Source: a bacterium
GTDB lineage: Bacteria; Margulisbacteria; Marinamargulisbacteria; GCA-2716485; JAYNIM01
Direction of reading: 5' to 3'
Length of the DNA: 64,000 bases
Assembly (NCBI GenBank): GCA_038109055.1
Contig: JAYNIM010000001.1
Span: 395,365-459,364 of the forward strand
The notes beneath the pieces were generated by a model, which was not told the origin of the DNA, ran no database searches, and was given only the letters and a program-made list of their open reading frames with translations. How positions within the stretch are numbered: position 1 is the first letter of the stretch; every line of letters starts with the position of its first letter. This document shows, in pieces, positions 41,445 to 51,423 of the stretch. Position numbers and translations under genes: made by a program.

Positions 41445-43298
41445 TTAAGTCGCGTCTATTTTGAAGCTAATTTCTGAAATAATTTGTTTTTTTTGAACAT
41501 CCGTCAAGCCATGCTTATTCATTGCAGTTTCAAGAGACTCTGAATGAGCGAGCTCACAGCTATGACAATATAAACCAAAACGATTTAAAACTTTAACCGA
41601 ATCACACCCATATGTTCTTATTATTTCTTCTACTGAAGTGTTTAAGAGTACACCCCCCTCCTTTAAATTTTTATCTGATTTTTTATAATAAGGAGCTTGC
41701 AATAATCGCCAAAAGCCAACTTTATATTCATCGTTTTCTCTAAAAAAACGACACCAATATCCAACAAATGCTTCATCCCATGACAACTTCTCATCTAAAA
41801 TTAGATTAAATATGCAAATTGGAATGTTAATTTGTATGTGCAAATCTTCTAATTGCACCGGCCCTAAATATCGAAGCTTACAATCTTTGATTTCTATATA
41901 TAAGGTTTTTAATGTCTCATAGTCCATATTTGTCAAATTAAATCTAATAGTAGTATTTTCACAAAACTTAATTTGAGGACAATTATTTAAATCTAAAAAA
42001 TACTTCCTGGACACTTCCTCATTAAACACATTATTTCTCTTAAAAAGCTTATTAAATTCACGACTATTAAACTCTTTAATTGCAAACTTTTTCAGAATAT
42101 CTTTGTTATAAATTTCTTTTGACAGTTTTTTCTTTCTCTTTATTTTTAATTTTTCAACATTCCACTCATCACCTGGAAACCAGTCAATTACTTTAAAGGA
42201 CTCCTTATTTAGTCTCTCTTTAATATCAAATATATTGTTTCTTATGATTTTCTCTAGAAATTCAATGTGAGTTGGATGACAAAATGTTATATGACTCGCA
42301 AAAGGAACAAAATATTTTGCGCCATATATATCCATTGCATGCCTAATTTGTTCAATACGTCCATTATTTGAATCTACCATAAATTGATGAGCATCTTTAT
42401 TTGAAACACTATTCCAAGTTAAGGGGTACCCCGAGGCTCCAAAAGAAAAAGTGGATGAAACAACATCAACTGGAAATACTTTATTCACTAAATTTTGATT
42501 AATCCCGGCATCGTTTAAATTTAGCCATTTAAAACTACCAAATTGAAAAAGTATTATACTATCATTCCAAACGCCCTTTGGCTCGAAAAAGGTCACTTCA
42601 AGATCTGACTCTATAGACATTTTTTTCCCAAAACTTGGAATCAAAATATGTTTAAATCCTAATTTTTCCAAACTATTTTGCATACGTTGATTTGGAAAAT
42701 CAGGAATTAATATAGGAATATTTTTATTAATCTTTTTTAACGTAGGAATATGAAAGTGATCAGAATGTTCATGTGTAATTATTATATAATCAACAACAAT
42801 TTCTTCTGGAAGTATAGTATTTTTAGGGTATTGATACCATGATCCCAAAAATGCCGGGCCACTTAACCAAGGGTCTGTCATAATTTTTGTCCCTTTATAA
42901 TTAAACTCTATGCACGCATGTGAATGAAGTACACAATTTAAACCTGACACCCAGTGATCCGATTTTTTTTTAATATCATTTTTTCTAATTAAGTCAGTAT
43001 TTTTAACAAAAAGCTCATTCCCTTCCTTTAAAATAGGAACATTTCTTAACTCTTGATTTTCAATATTTTTTGACTTTCCTGTATGCTTATCAAATTTCCA
43101 AAAATGTACTGGACATACTAAACAATCATCATTCAATACAACTTTTCCACCCATATGCGGACATTGATTAGATAAAAGTTGAAAGCCACGCTCTTCTGAG
43201 TAAACTAAAAAATAATTTTCTTTGTAAATTTTAATATTTAAAGGACACTGTTCTTTAATTTCTGTATTAGCAATTTTAATTTTTTCGAATTGCGTCAT
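41445..43298 (-). CDS. CMP-N-acetylneuraminate hydroxylase (CMAH)-like protein: Rieske 2Fe-2S + MBL fold + C-terminal DUF1858-like CxxC domain
   Basis: Rieske CPH...CPVH; HAC...DPWLSGPAF..SW; THEHSDH; GASGYPLTW; PFA; WDEAFVGY..RFFR; C-terminal FGLYCHSCELAHSESLETAMNKHGL. Confidence 0.85.
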   Translation of the reverse strand: MTQFEKIKIANTEIKEQCPLNIKIYKENYFLVYSEERGFQLLSNQCPHMGGKVVLNDDCLVCPVHFWKFDKHTGKSKNIENQELRNVPILKEGNELFVKNTDLIRKNDIKKKSDHWVSGLNCVLHSHACIEFNYKGTKIMTDPWLSGPAFLGSWYQYPKNTILPEEIVVDYIIITHEHSDHFHIPTLKKINKNIPILIPDFPNQRMQNSLEKLGFKHILIPSFGKKMSIESDLEVTFFEPKGVWNDSIILFQFGSFKWLNLNDAGINQNLVNKVFPVDVVSSTFSFGASGYPLTWNSVSNKDAHQFMVDSNNGRIEQIRHAMDIYGAKYFVPFASHITFCHPTHIEFLEKIIRNNIFDIKERLNKESFKVIDWFPGDEWNVEKLKIKRKKKLSKEIYNKDILKKFAIKEFNSREFNKLFKRNNVFNEEVSRKYFLDLNNCPQIKFCENTTIRFNLTNMDYETLKTLYIEIKDCKLRYLGPVQLEDLHIQINIPICIFNLILDEKLSWDEAFVGYWCRFFRENDEYKVGFWRLLQAPYYKKSDKNLKEGGVLLNTSVEEIIRTYGCDSVKVLNRFGLYCHSCELAHSESLETAMNKHGLTDVQKKQIISEISFKIDAT

Positions 43299-44274
43299 TT
43301 TTTTTGTAATTACAGGTAAGTTTTATTCCAATTAAATCTTGATATTCTTTTGCACTCAAACCGTCCATTGGCTTCTTAAATGTCAAATCTTCCTCTTTAA
43401 TAACCGTACCTTTAGGTAAATCTCTTGCGGCTACAATCATTTTCTCAAAGGTTTTTTTCATTTCTACTAAATCTTTTGCCTTTTGATCTTTATCAACGTC
43501 ATGAGTCAAGGCTTTCTCTACCTCTCTAATGGCAACAACCAATGATTTAAATTCATCTGGTTCTGAAGAAAACTGAGCATCGCTTCCATACATTTTTTTA
43601 GACAATGTAAAGTGTTTTTCTATAACAGTTGCACCTTTGCATACAGCTGCTATAGGAATTGCATTTCCACGTGTATGATCAGAATAGCCTATGTTGTGCA
43701 TAGGATATTTTTTTCTTAAGTCATCTAAGATATTCAACCCTGCATTTTTAGGCAAACACGGATAATCTGACGTACATTGAAGAATGGTTAAATCAGCACA
43801 ACCATGTTTTGTTAGATAATTTACTGCTTCGTCAATTTCTTTATAGGTACTCATACCTGATGATAATAAAACTGCTTTTTTTGTTTGTGCTATTTTTTTA
43901 AGCATGGGTAAGTTTGTCACTTCACCAGAGGCTATTTTATATGTTTTTACTTTTATTGCTTCTAGTAGGGCAACGGCTTCATTAGAGAAAGGCGAAGCTA
44001 AAAATTCTAGTTCACAGTCTTTTTCGGCGTATTCTTTTAGTTTGCGCCAATTTTCTTGTGTAAAAGAGGTTCGTTCAAAGTACTCTCTACGGGTTTCGTC
44101 TTTAAAATACGGTGGGTTTGGAGCTGAGTCTAAACTTTCAGCATCAAAAATATGTATTTGAAACTTTACTGCATCGACACCACATTCTGAAGCGGATTTG
44201 ATAAACTGCTTCGCTAAGCCTAGTGATCCTTCATGTGTGTTGCCTATTTCGGCGATAATTTTTACTACTGACAT
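43276..44274 (-). CDS. neuB: N-acetylneuraminate synthase family protein with C-terminal SAF domain
   Basis: IIAEIGNTHEG, DAVKFQ, KIASGE, QCTSDYP, GYSDHT, IEKHFTL. Confidence 0.92.
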   Translation of the reverse strand: MSVVKIIAEIGNTHEGSLGLAKQFIKSASECGVDAVKFQIHIFDAESLDSAPNPPYFKDETRREYFERTSFTQENWRKLKEYAEKDCELEFLASPFSNEAVALLEAIKVKTYKIASGEVTNLPMLKKIAQTKKAVLLSSGMSTYKEIDEAVNYLTKHGCADLTILQCTSDYPCLPKNAGLNILDDLRKKYPMHNIGYSDHTRGNAIPIAAVCKGATVIEKHFTLSKKMYGSDAQFSSEPDEFKSLVVAIREVEKALTHDVDKDQKAKDLVEMKKTFEKMIVAARDLPKGTVIKEEDLTFKKPMDGLSAKEYQDLIGIKLTCNYKKNDAIRKN

Positions 44275-44360
44275 TTAATATTTTTTATATTGTATGTAAC
44301 GTTGAATTGCTGCAAAATTAGTTTGCTTAGTAAAACATATTTTGTTATTTTTTACTATGT

Positions 44361-46022
44361 ATGTCTATCATAAAAAAGATATTGAAAAGATTCAAAAATA
44401 AAATTCATAAAAAAAGAGTCGTTCCAAAATTAAATCTCATAAACGATTACGCTCATAAAGAATATTATAATCAATATTATTCAAAAAATGCAGAAACTAC
44501 CAAAATTTTAAAAAAACTTAGTTCCGAATATAAGGCTAAGCCTCTTGACAGTAATCTTAAAATTCTATCTCTCATCGCTGTACCCGGAAATTTTACTCAG
44601 ATATATTATCAACAATTTATAGCTTATGCATTAGCATTAAGAGATTGTAATATTTCTCACTTAACTTGTTCTGGCTCTGAAAACCAATGTGCGAGTGGCA
44701 GAATACTACAGCCCTCTCAATCATGTTCAGATTGTTTAAAATATGGTCAAAATTTTCTTGATAACGTTGTTAACAATAACCAAATCAAATCTTATGCCGA
44801 CTTCAACCTTGATACTACTTTAACTTCAGAATTTGAAAAAATAGGGACATTATCTTTTGAAGAACTTAGAAAATATACTTATAAAAATATTATGTTTGGA
44901 AAATATATTGAAGAGGCTCTTAATGGTTATTTTCTAAATTGTCACCTCTCTCAAAATCCTATAGTAATACAAAAATTCAAAGAAATGTTAATTTATGATT
45001 TAACCGCATATAATGCTTTTATTAAATACCATCATCAGGAAACCTTTGATCGAGTCATTATGTGTGGTGGAGTTGGGCCTGGTTATAGTGGAATTTTAAA
45101 TGCGTGTAAACAAAGCAATATCCCTTGTTTAACTTGGGAAGTTTGGGAGGGAAACACATTAAATTCAGTTGTATGGACCAAAAACGATATTGCCTCTAAT
45201 TTTAAAGTTTTTAACAACAAAAAAGAATTAGATAATTATAGTATTGACCATACAAAGCAAAAAATGTGTACTGATTATTTAATGGAAAGAGTTAAGGGTA
45301 GTAAAAACACGCTATCTTATAATAACCAAAATACAACTTTAGAAAATGTAATTTCATCAAAATTTGGTAATATTTTTAATAAACCGTTCACCCTTCTTCT
45401 GACCACTGTTCCTTGGGATGCTAATTGTTTTAGAAAAGATCATCTATTTAAATCTCAATATTATTGGATATTAGAAACTATTAAATTTTTTAAAGAAAAA
45501 CCAGAGGAAACATTAGTTATACGTGCACATCCTGCAGAATCACATAAATCAGTTAACCCTTATCGATATACACAAGAAACGATACTTTCCTTTCTAAGGC
45601 AGCATATAGATGTACTCCCTGAAAATATTATTTTTATTGATTCCAATGATGATGTTAGTACTTACGCTCTTTTTCCTTATACTAAAGTGGCATTAATTTT
45701 TGCAACTACAACTATTTATGAACTTATCTATAATAATATTCCGGTTATATGTGCATCAAAAACTCATCATATAAATATGGGTATAAGCATAGACCCAAAA
45801 AACAAAAAAGAGTATTTCAATTTACTTGATAATATAGATTCTTTAAAAGTGACCGATGAACAAAAATCCCGTTCACTTAAATATGCTTATAAGTACTTAT
45901 TTGAACGAATGATTCCTTATTCACAAATATTAAATACACGCTGTCTAGATGATTTAAAGACTGGCTCGAATATTCATCTTGATAAAATTTGTAGAGATAT
46001 TATCGTTGCTAATAATACCTGA
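44361..46022 (+). CDS. Capsule-biosynthesis protein (Capsule_synth/KpsS-like GT-B fold), divergent from neuB
   Basis: VPWDA, WILETI..F, LVIRAHPAE, STY.L, TT..EL...IPVI; N-terminal Cys cluster. Confidence 0.6.
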   Translation: MSIIKKILKRFKNKIHKKRVVPKLNLINDYAHKEYYNQYYSKNAETTKILKKLSSEYKAKPLDSNLKILSLIAVPGNFTQIYYQQFIAYALALRDCNISHLTCSGSENQCASGRILQPSQSCSDCLKYGQNFLDNVVNNNQIKSYADFNLDTTLTSEFEKIGTLSFEELRKYTYKNIMFGKYIEEALNGYFLNCHLSQNPIVIQKFKEMLIYDLTAYNAFIKYHHQETFDRVIMCGGVGPGYSGILNACKQSNIPCLTWEVWEGNTLNSVVWTKNDIASNFKVFNNKKELDNYSIDHTKQKMCTDYLMERVKGSKNTLSYNNQNTTLENVISSKFGNIFNKPFTLLLTTVPWDANCFRKDHLFKSQYYWILETIKFFKEKPEETLVIRAHPAESHKSVNPYRYTQETILSFLRQHIDVLPENIIFIDSNDDVSTYALFPYTKVALIFATTTIYELIYNNIPVICASKTHHINMGISIDPKNKKEYFNLLDNIDSLKVTDEQKSRSLKYAYKYLFERMIPYSQILNTRCLDDLKTGSNIHLDKICRDIIVANNT

Positions 46023-46202
46023 AAGCCTTAAATGTTTTACGATATATTTCATCCCCTTTTTAATTCTAAGCTTTGATCTATCAAGTTACACTAGCAATAT
46101 CTATAAACGCTTATTTATTATTAATTCTGGTATATTATAGGTGAAATATACATTATATAATAGACATATCATCCAAGTTTAAAAATCATTTTTTAATTGA
46201 TA

Positions 46203-48131
46203 TTAACACTTTTTATGTTTTTCCTTTAGTTTCCTTTTATGTTTCACAAATACTATCAAATTTACAAGATTAATAAACTGAGAAGTCTCATTTTCATTTA
46301 ATTTTTTCTTTTGTCTTAACTCGCTAACTTTTAGTATATATGCCTTGATGGCTGGCGTTGATACGTGACTTAAAATAAATTCAAGTTCACTATGACACTG
46401 ATCCCATAGTTTCTGATTTAATTTCAAAAACTTGCTCGAAAAATTTGGTTTTTTTGTTTTATTTTTATTTTTATTTCGTATTGTTTTAATTAATTTATAA
46501 AATGCTGGAAAAAAGGCTAGTCCCCGTATCAACGTTTTCTTTATATTTTGTATTATATAATGAGTATATGTATAGCCAGATTTTTTTGCAGCTTTTTTAA
46601 GGTAATATGTATACGATTTTGGAAGAACCTCATTCACATATTGAAAATAATATTGCTTTGGACTGAAGGCTTCTGTAATTGATACAATAAAATCACTAAA
46701 ATAGTGATGTAATAAATTGTTGTTAATAGCCAAATAAAATGTGTTTTTAAATACAGAGCTGTATGAAGAAAGTTGAAGTTCAGTATTATAATTATATATA
46801 AAATAACGATGTATCCTCAATAAATGATTAAAATAATTGATGTCTTTTTTCTTAATGGTTGAACCTTCAATCTTTTTAAGATCATCTACTGATAATATAT
46901 GCTTAAATAAGCTATTAATATTTTTATCATGAGCATGTTCGATTCCATCACATCTTCCATAATGTTTCTTAAATAACGTATAAGGAAACTGTTGTGCATT
47001 TTTAAGTTCATAAAACACTGATCCATATAAAAATGTAAAAAAGGGACTCATTTTTTTGAACTTAAAAAATACTTTATTTTGAAGAAACCTTTGTAAATTA
47101 CATAAAAAGAAATTTGTAAATATGATATTTTTGAGACAATATTTAAAATATGCTCGATACATACTAATTCCCTTGTTTACAGATGATCCCGTGCAATGAA
47201 TCATATATGAACCATCACAGTTCTCACCTGTTACAAATAACGCACTGTCCTTTTTTGATGTAAGATAATAACAATTTTTTTCAAGTGGAAGGGGCTCAAT
47301 ATACTGAGAGTACATATCATATAACTTATCTTCAGTCATATTTTTAATTTTTGTCTGATCTATATAAGTTAATGGAATATTAAGTACTTTTGTCAGTAAA
47401 TACGTTATATTATTTTGATACCTAGAATTTTTAAACGTGTAAGCTAACATATTTGCCCCTGCTTTGTGAAAAGCTACTAGCATCAAAACAGAGTCAATTC
47501 CTCCAGATAACAATATATTTATTGGGGTGTCTTTTTTTGCCTGAGTTATTAACTGTGCTGTTACATCAAGTCTTTTTTTAAATTCATTATATGACTTTTT
47601 ACCATGTTGACACTCCTTCGGCATTTTTTTGATATATGGGTTTTGCCTTATATGCAAACCCTTTGAAATAATACATTCCATACCTCCTGGAACATTGAAT
47701 ATGTTATTAAACAAGGATGTAAATGGTAAATGTGGAATATCAGAACATACACTTTGATAAACTAAATACTCATTTAGTTCTATTATTTTATTTCTGGAAA
47801 TCAGATTATTGATATTTATATCAATATACAATTTTCCGTCGTTTTTATAATAATAAAAACCAGGCGTTGCTGTCGCATTAATGATGCGTATCTCTGAATC
47901 TTTCTTAATGATCAAATAATACTGTCCAACCGTATGCTGAATAAATGATAATAATCGTGAGTGACATGTATGATTTTCTAATATCCAACTGTAACTCTCA
48001 TCACTACTTTTTATACACTTTTCATAATATGCCCCATATAATTCTCCTATTAGGATAATAGATCCATCCTGTCTTATATTTTTACTTGAATCAACAGATA
48101 ATTTTAAATTAGATTCTATACAAACTTTCAT
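46203..48131 (-). CDS. Divergent asparagine-synthase-related protein
   Basis: LLSGGIDS (PP-loop), VTGENCD; no Ntn Cys. Confidence 0.6.
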   Translation of the reverse strand: MKVCIESNLKLSVDSSKNIRQDGSIILIGELYGAYYEKCIKSSDESYSWILENHTCHSRLLSFIQHTVGQYYLIIKKDSEIRIINATATPGFYYYKNDGKLYIDININNLISRNKIIELNEYLVYQSVCSDIPHLPFTSLFNNIFNVPGGMECIISKGLHIRQNPYIKKMPKECQHGKKSYNEFKKRLDVTAQLITQAKKDTPINILLSGGIDSVLMLVAFHKAGANMLAYTFKNSRYQNNITYLLTKVLNIPLTYIDQTKIKNMTEDKLYDMYSQYIEPLPLEKNCYYLTSKKDSALFVTGENCDGSYMIHCTGSSVNKGISMYRAYFKYCLKNIIFTNFFLCNLQRFLQNKVFFKFKKMSPFFTFLYGSVFYELKNAQQFPYTLFKKHYGRCDGIEHAHDKNINSLFKHILSVDDLKKIEGSTIKKKDINYFNHLLRIHRYFIYNYNTELQLSSYSSVFKNTFYLAINNNLLHHYFSDFIVSITEAFSPKQYYFQYVNEVLPKSYTYYLKKAAKKSGYTYTHYIIQNIKKTLIRGLAFFPAFYKLIKTIRNKNKNKTKKPNFSSKFLKLNQKLWDQCHSELEFILSHVSTPAIKAYILKVSELRQKKKLNENETSQFINLVNLIVFVKHKRKLKEKHKKC

Positions 48132-48132
48132 T

Positions 48133-49563
48133 TTATCTTCCTATCAAAATATTCTTTTTAACTAATTTTTCTTTTAACTTTGGTAAGAGGCGTGTTACTT
48201 GACTAACATGAATACTTAACACTAACGTAAGACAACATAAGATACCATCTAATTTGAAAGTATATATCTGACTCAAAAGAATGCATACTGCAAACATACA
48301 TATGTAGGGTAGAGATATAAACTCAATAAATACGGGCAAGTTCAATAACTTTCGCTTTATAATACCCATTATTCCCGTAACAATAGTCACTGAGCCTAGT
48401 GATAATACGCCTCCAACTAATCCAAATTTTGGAATAAGTAAAATAGAAAGCCCCATGCAAGTGCAGCCTGATACAATCGAAGATAGTAAAAAATATTTTG
48501 TGCATTTATGATATAATATTCCTGTGAAAACTCCGCTTAATCCTGCATCAGCTAAAATAAAACAACTTAGATATAATATAATCCTATATGCATCTGTATA
48601 AACTCCGTTAGATAGCCATGTTATGAATGATTCCCCAATAAAATAAAAACATATACACCCACAAAATACTACGTAAAACCAAGCAAAAAACATCTGTCTA
48701 AATTTCGAGAAATCTTTATTACCTTTACTTAATGCCTGAAGTAATTTTGGAGAATAAACTTTAGAAAAATGCCCCTCTACAGTGGCAAACATACTATATA
48801 ATCGTAATGCCCAATTATATAATGCGAACATTTGAATAGTGTACAACCCGCTAATAACAAATTTGTCAATTTTTGTTCGTGTTAGATTAAACAAAGCCCG
48901 CAAGGTTAAAGGATAACCGATTTTAATTGTTTCGATATAAAAGTATTTTTTAAATGATACCGTTAGATATGGAGTTAAAATAAATAATTTAATTGCGTTT
49001 ATGATAGAACACGTAATCGATGATCCAATAATTACAAATTTAACATTTTGTGTATACACAATAAGACCAACGTATATTATTGTTGTCAAAAATATTTCGA
49101 ATAGTTTAATTTTAGAAAACAAAACTGCTTTCTCAGTTAAAACAATCCAATTTGAAAATACTGGTGTAATACGATTCATAACCACCATCAAAGCCATCCA
49201 AGGAAAAAGTACTATAATAATTGGAGCTGAATCACTAGCCATTAATGTAAATACCCATTTATAAAATGGAAACATAACAATAATAGACCCAATAGCCATG
49301 ACTGCCCCTATAAATAACAACGTAAATAATAGTTGTTTTTGTTCATCTTTTTTTAAATCAAACCATAAACTACCTATTACATACCCAACACCATATTCAC
49401 ATAATACAGTAAAGGGAACTTGACATAAATTAAATAGAGCAATTAAACCAAACTCCTCTAACCCAAAATAACGTGTTGTAATTGGCAACGTGATAAATGG
49501 CAATGCATTTATAATAATTTCAGGAAACATGTATAAGCTAAAATTCTTAACAAACTTTTTCAT
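48133..49563 (-). CDS. Wzx-type polysaccharide flippase
   Basis: LPFITLPITTRYFGLEEFG, IDKFVI, LIPKFGLVGG; multi-TM. Confidence 0.85.
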   Translation of the reverse strand: MKKFVKNFSLYMFPEIIINALPFITLPITTRYFGLEEFGLIALFNLCQVPFTVLCEYGVGYVIGSLWFDLKKDEQKQLLFTLLFIGAVMAIGSIIVMFPFYKWVFTLMASDSAPIIIVLFPWMALMVVMNRITPVFSNWIVLTEKAVLFSKIKLFEIFLTTIIYVGLIVYTQNVKFVIIGSSITCSIINAIKLFILTPYLTVSFKKYFYIETIKIGYPLTLRALFNLTRTKIDKFVISGLYTIQMFALYNWALRLYSMFATVEGHFSKVYSPKLLQALSKGNKDFSKFRQMFFAWFYVVFCGCICFYFIGESFITWLSNGVYTDAYRIILYLSCFILADAGLSGVFTGILYHKCTKYFLLSSIVSGCTCMGLSILLIPKFGLVGGVLSLGSVTIVTGIMGIIKRKLLNLPVFIEFISLPYICMFAVCILLSQIYTFKLDGILCCLTLVLSIHVSQVTRLLPKLKEKLVKKNILIGR

Positions 49564-50029
49564 GCTAATATTTTCCTTTTGATCAATACACGGTTACACA
49601 TTCACAAATAATACCTTTATAGTTTGATCAAATCAAATAAAACTCCGCTAATAACTATTATTGAGAGAATTTCCACAATCAAATAAATGCCTTATTCTTT
49701 CTTTAATTGTATGAGTATAACAATAGCTACCATATTTTCTAAAGCCATTTTTCTTAAAATTAGCTGATATTCCAATATGCTGTCCTATTAAAGGTTCTAA
49801 ATATTTGGAGCTGGTCCATTGGTCTTCTATAGTAAATCTTCCTCTGTAAAAACTGCTAATGATAGCATGCCAGATAAGGATTGTAACTTCTGCAAACTAA
49901 ATTTATATAAAGATATATGATCGCTTTTAAATTTTGGTTTATAGATCTAAACTCTATTAGATATATACGAATCTTTTAATTTTCATACGGGTTAATAATG
50001 CAAGACTTCTCTTCTATTAGATATGTTTT

Positions 50030-50716
50030 CTAAGAAACATAATCCCCATTATAATTAATCATTGCAACACTTCTGATACTCTTAACTTTGGCAAGCCTAT
50101 CTATTATTGATGTATCATTTCGTTTTTGTCTCATTTCTAATATCAGTTCTATTTCGTCATTTGTACGTATTTTTGATTTAATATTTAATTTTTTTAAACT
50201 CGCTAAAGCCTCGTCAATTTCAGCATTGTTTTTATTAGGATAATTTATAACTAATAGATAAGGTAAGCGTCTTAAAATCTTAATCTTAGTTATTGCAAAC
50301 AGTAAGCCGCCTATAACAAGACTGCCAATAATGGAAACCTTATATAAACCAACGCCGTTTGCCATGCCTATACTAATAGCCCAAAACATAAATACAGTGT
50401 CTAAAGAGTCTTTGATGGCTGTACGAAAACGAACAATCGATAACGCGCCAACCATTCCCAGAGAAAGTAAAAAGTTGGTGCTTATAGCCATAATAATTAA
50501 AGACGTAATGACAGCCACCATTATTAATGAAAGGTTGAAGCTCTTGGTATACAACACTCCTTGATACGTTTGTCTATAAATTGCGTATATAAACAAGGAA
50601 ATAATGACCGTTATAGTTAGTGATAAGGCTATATCCATGATAGTAAGATTAGTTGACAATGCAGAAGCAGAACTTTTAAAAGTTGATAATATTTCGTCCA
50701 TTACTGATCCTCCCAA
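50030..50716 (-). CDS. DUF4956-family membrane protein
   Basis: LSLGMVGALSIVRFRTAIKD, FWAISIGMANG. Confidence 0.9.
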   Translation of the reverse strand: MGGSVMDEILSTFKSSASALSTNLTIMDIALSLTITVIISLFIYAIYRQTYQGVLYTKSFNLSLIMVAVITSLIIMAISTNFLLSLGMVGALSIVRFRTAIKDSLDTVFMFWAISIGMANGVGLYKVSIIGSLVIGGLLFAITKIKILRRLPYLLVINYPNKNNAEIDEALASLKKLNIKSKIRTNDEIELILEMRQKRNDTSIIDRLAKVKSIRSVAMINYNGDYVS

Positions 50717-51423
50717 GGATTTTCTTTATAAAACTTTCTACAGATTGCATATTTTGAAATTGCTGAACGTGCACAATGTGAGCCGTCTAAAGCTTGCTTA
50801 ATAAATGCTGGTAAAAATTTTTCATATTTTACTTCCATAATAACTAAATGTTGATCGCAGGCACTGATAGTAAATGATTTTTTATCAAAAAGATCCTCAT
50901 TAGAGTAGCTAAGTTTTAAATTCTTGTCAAATGTCACCCTTACATTTCCCTGTTTAAATACATACGCTTCTCGCACATAATCTGTGATAATAACTGGTTT
51001 TAATAGCTGTGTTTTTTGAATGATTAAGAACTCATTCAGAAGTTCTTTTTTATCTGAAAGTTTCTTATTACTATGGTTAGAATTAACTAATAGGGATTCG
51101 TATTGCTTTCGATCTATTGATTGTGCCTGTTTAAAAATAAACTGATTATGCTTCCCTTTTTTTTCAAGTTTTATCACTGCATCGCTATGGTTGTATATTC
51201 TAATACGATATTTGTATCGATCTAGTACTCCCGATAGTTTTTCAAACAGCGCGGAGTTGTACATGTCATCAAAATAAAGACTTCTTAAATGATAATTACC
51301 ATCTTTGTCAGCATGCTGATCAGGTCTCATTAATAACTTTATACGTTGCTTTAAACAATGATATTGGTAATGACTAATAAAATATTTAACCTCATGCCTA
51401 AAAGTAACTTTTTTTTTAGTCAT
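50701..51423 (-). CDS. VTC/polyphosphate-polymerase-domain (CYTH-like) protein
   Basis: RHEVKY, RSLYFDD, KYRIRIY, KLEKK, YVREAY, RVTFD, MEVKY, SKY. Confidence 0.9.
   Translation of the reverse strand: MTKKKVTFRHEVKYFISHYQYHCLKQRIKLLMRPDQHADKDGNYHLRSLYFDDMYNSALFEKLSGVLDRYKYRIRIYNHSDAVIKLEKKGKHNQFIFKQAQSIDRKQYESLLVNSNHSNKKLSDKKELLNEFLIIQKTQLLKPVIITDYVREAYVFKQGNVRVTFDKNLKLSYSNEDLFDKKSFTISACDQHLVIMEVKYEKFLPAFIKQALDGSHCARSAISKYAICRKFYKENPWEDQ

Noticed and set aside
49650..49890. Start-less minus-strand open frame (...SSFYRGRFTIEDQWTSSKYLEPLIGQH...)
   Set aside because: May be another gene remnant, but I recognise no family and see no start codon.
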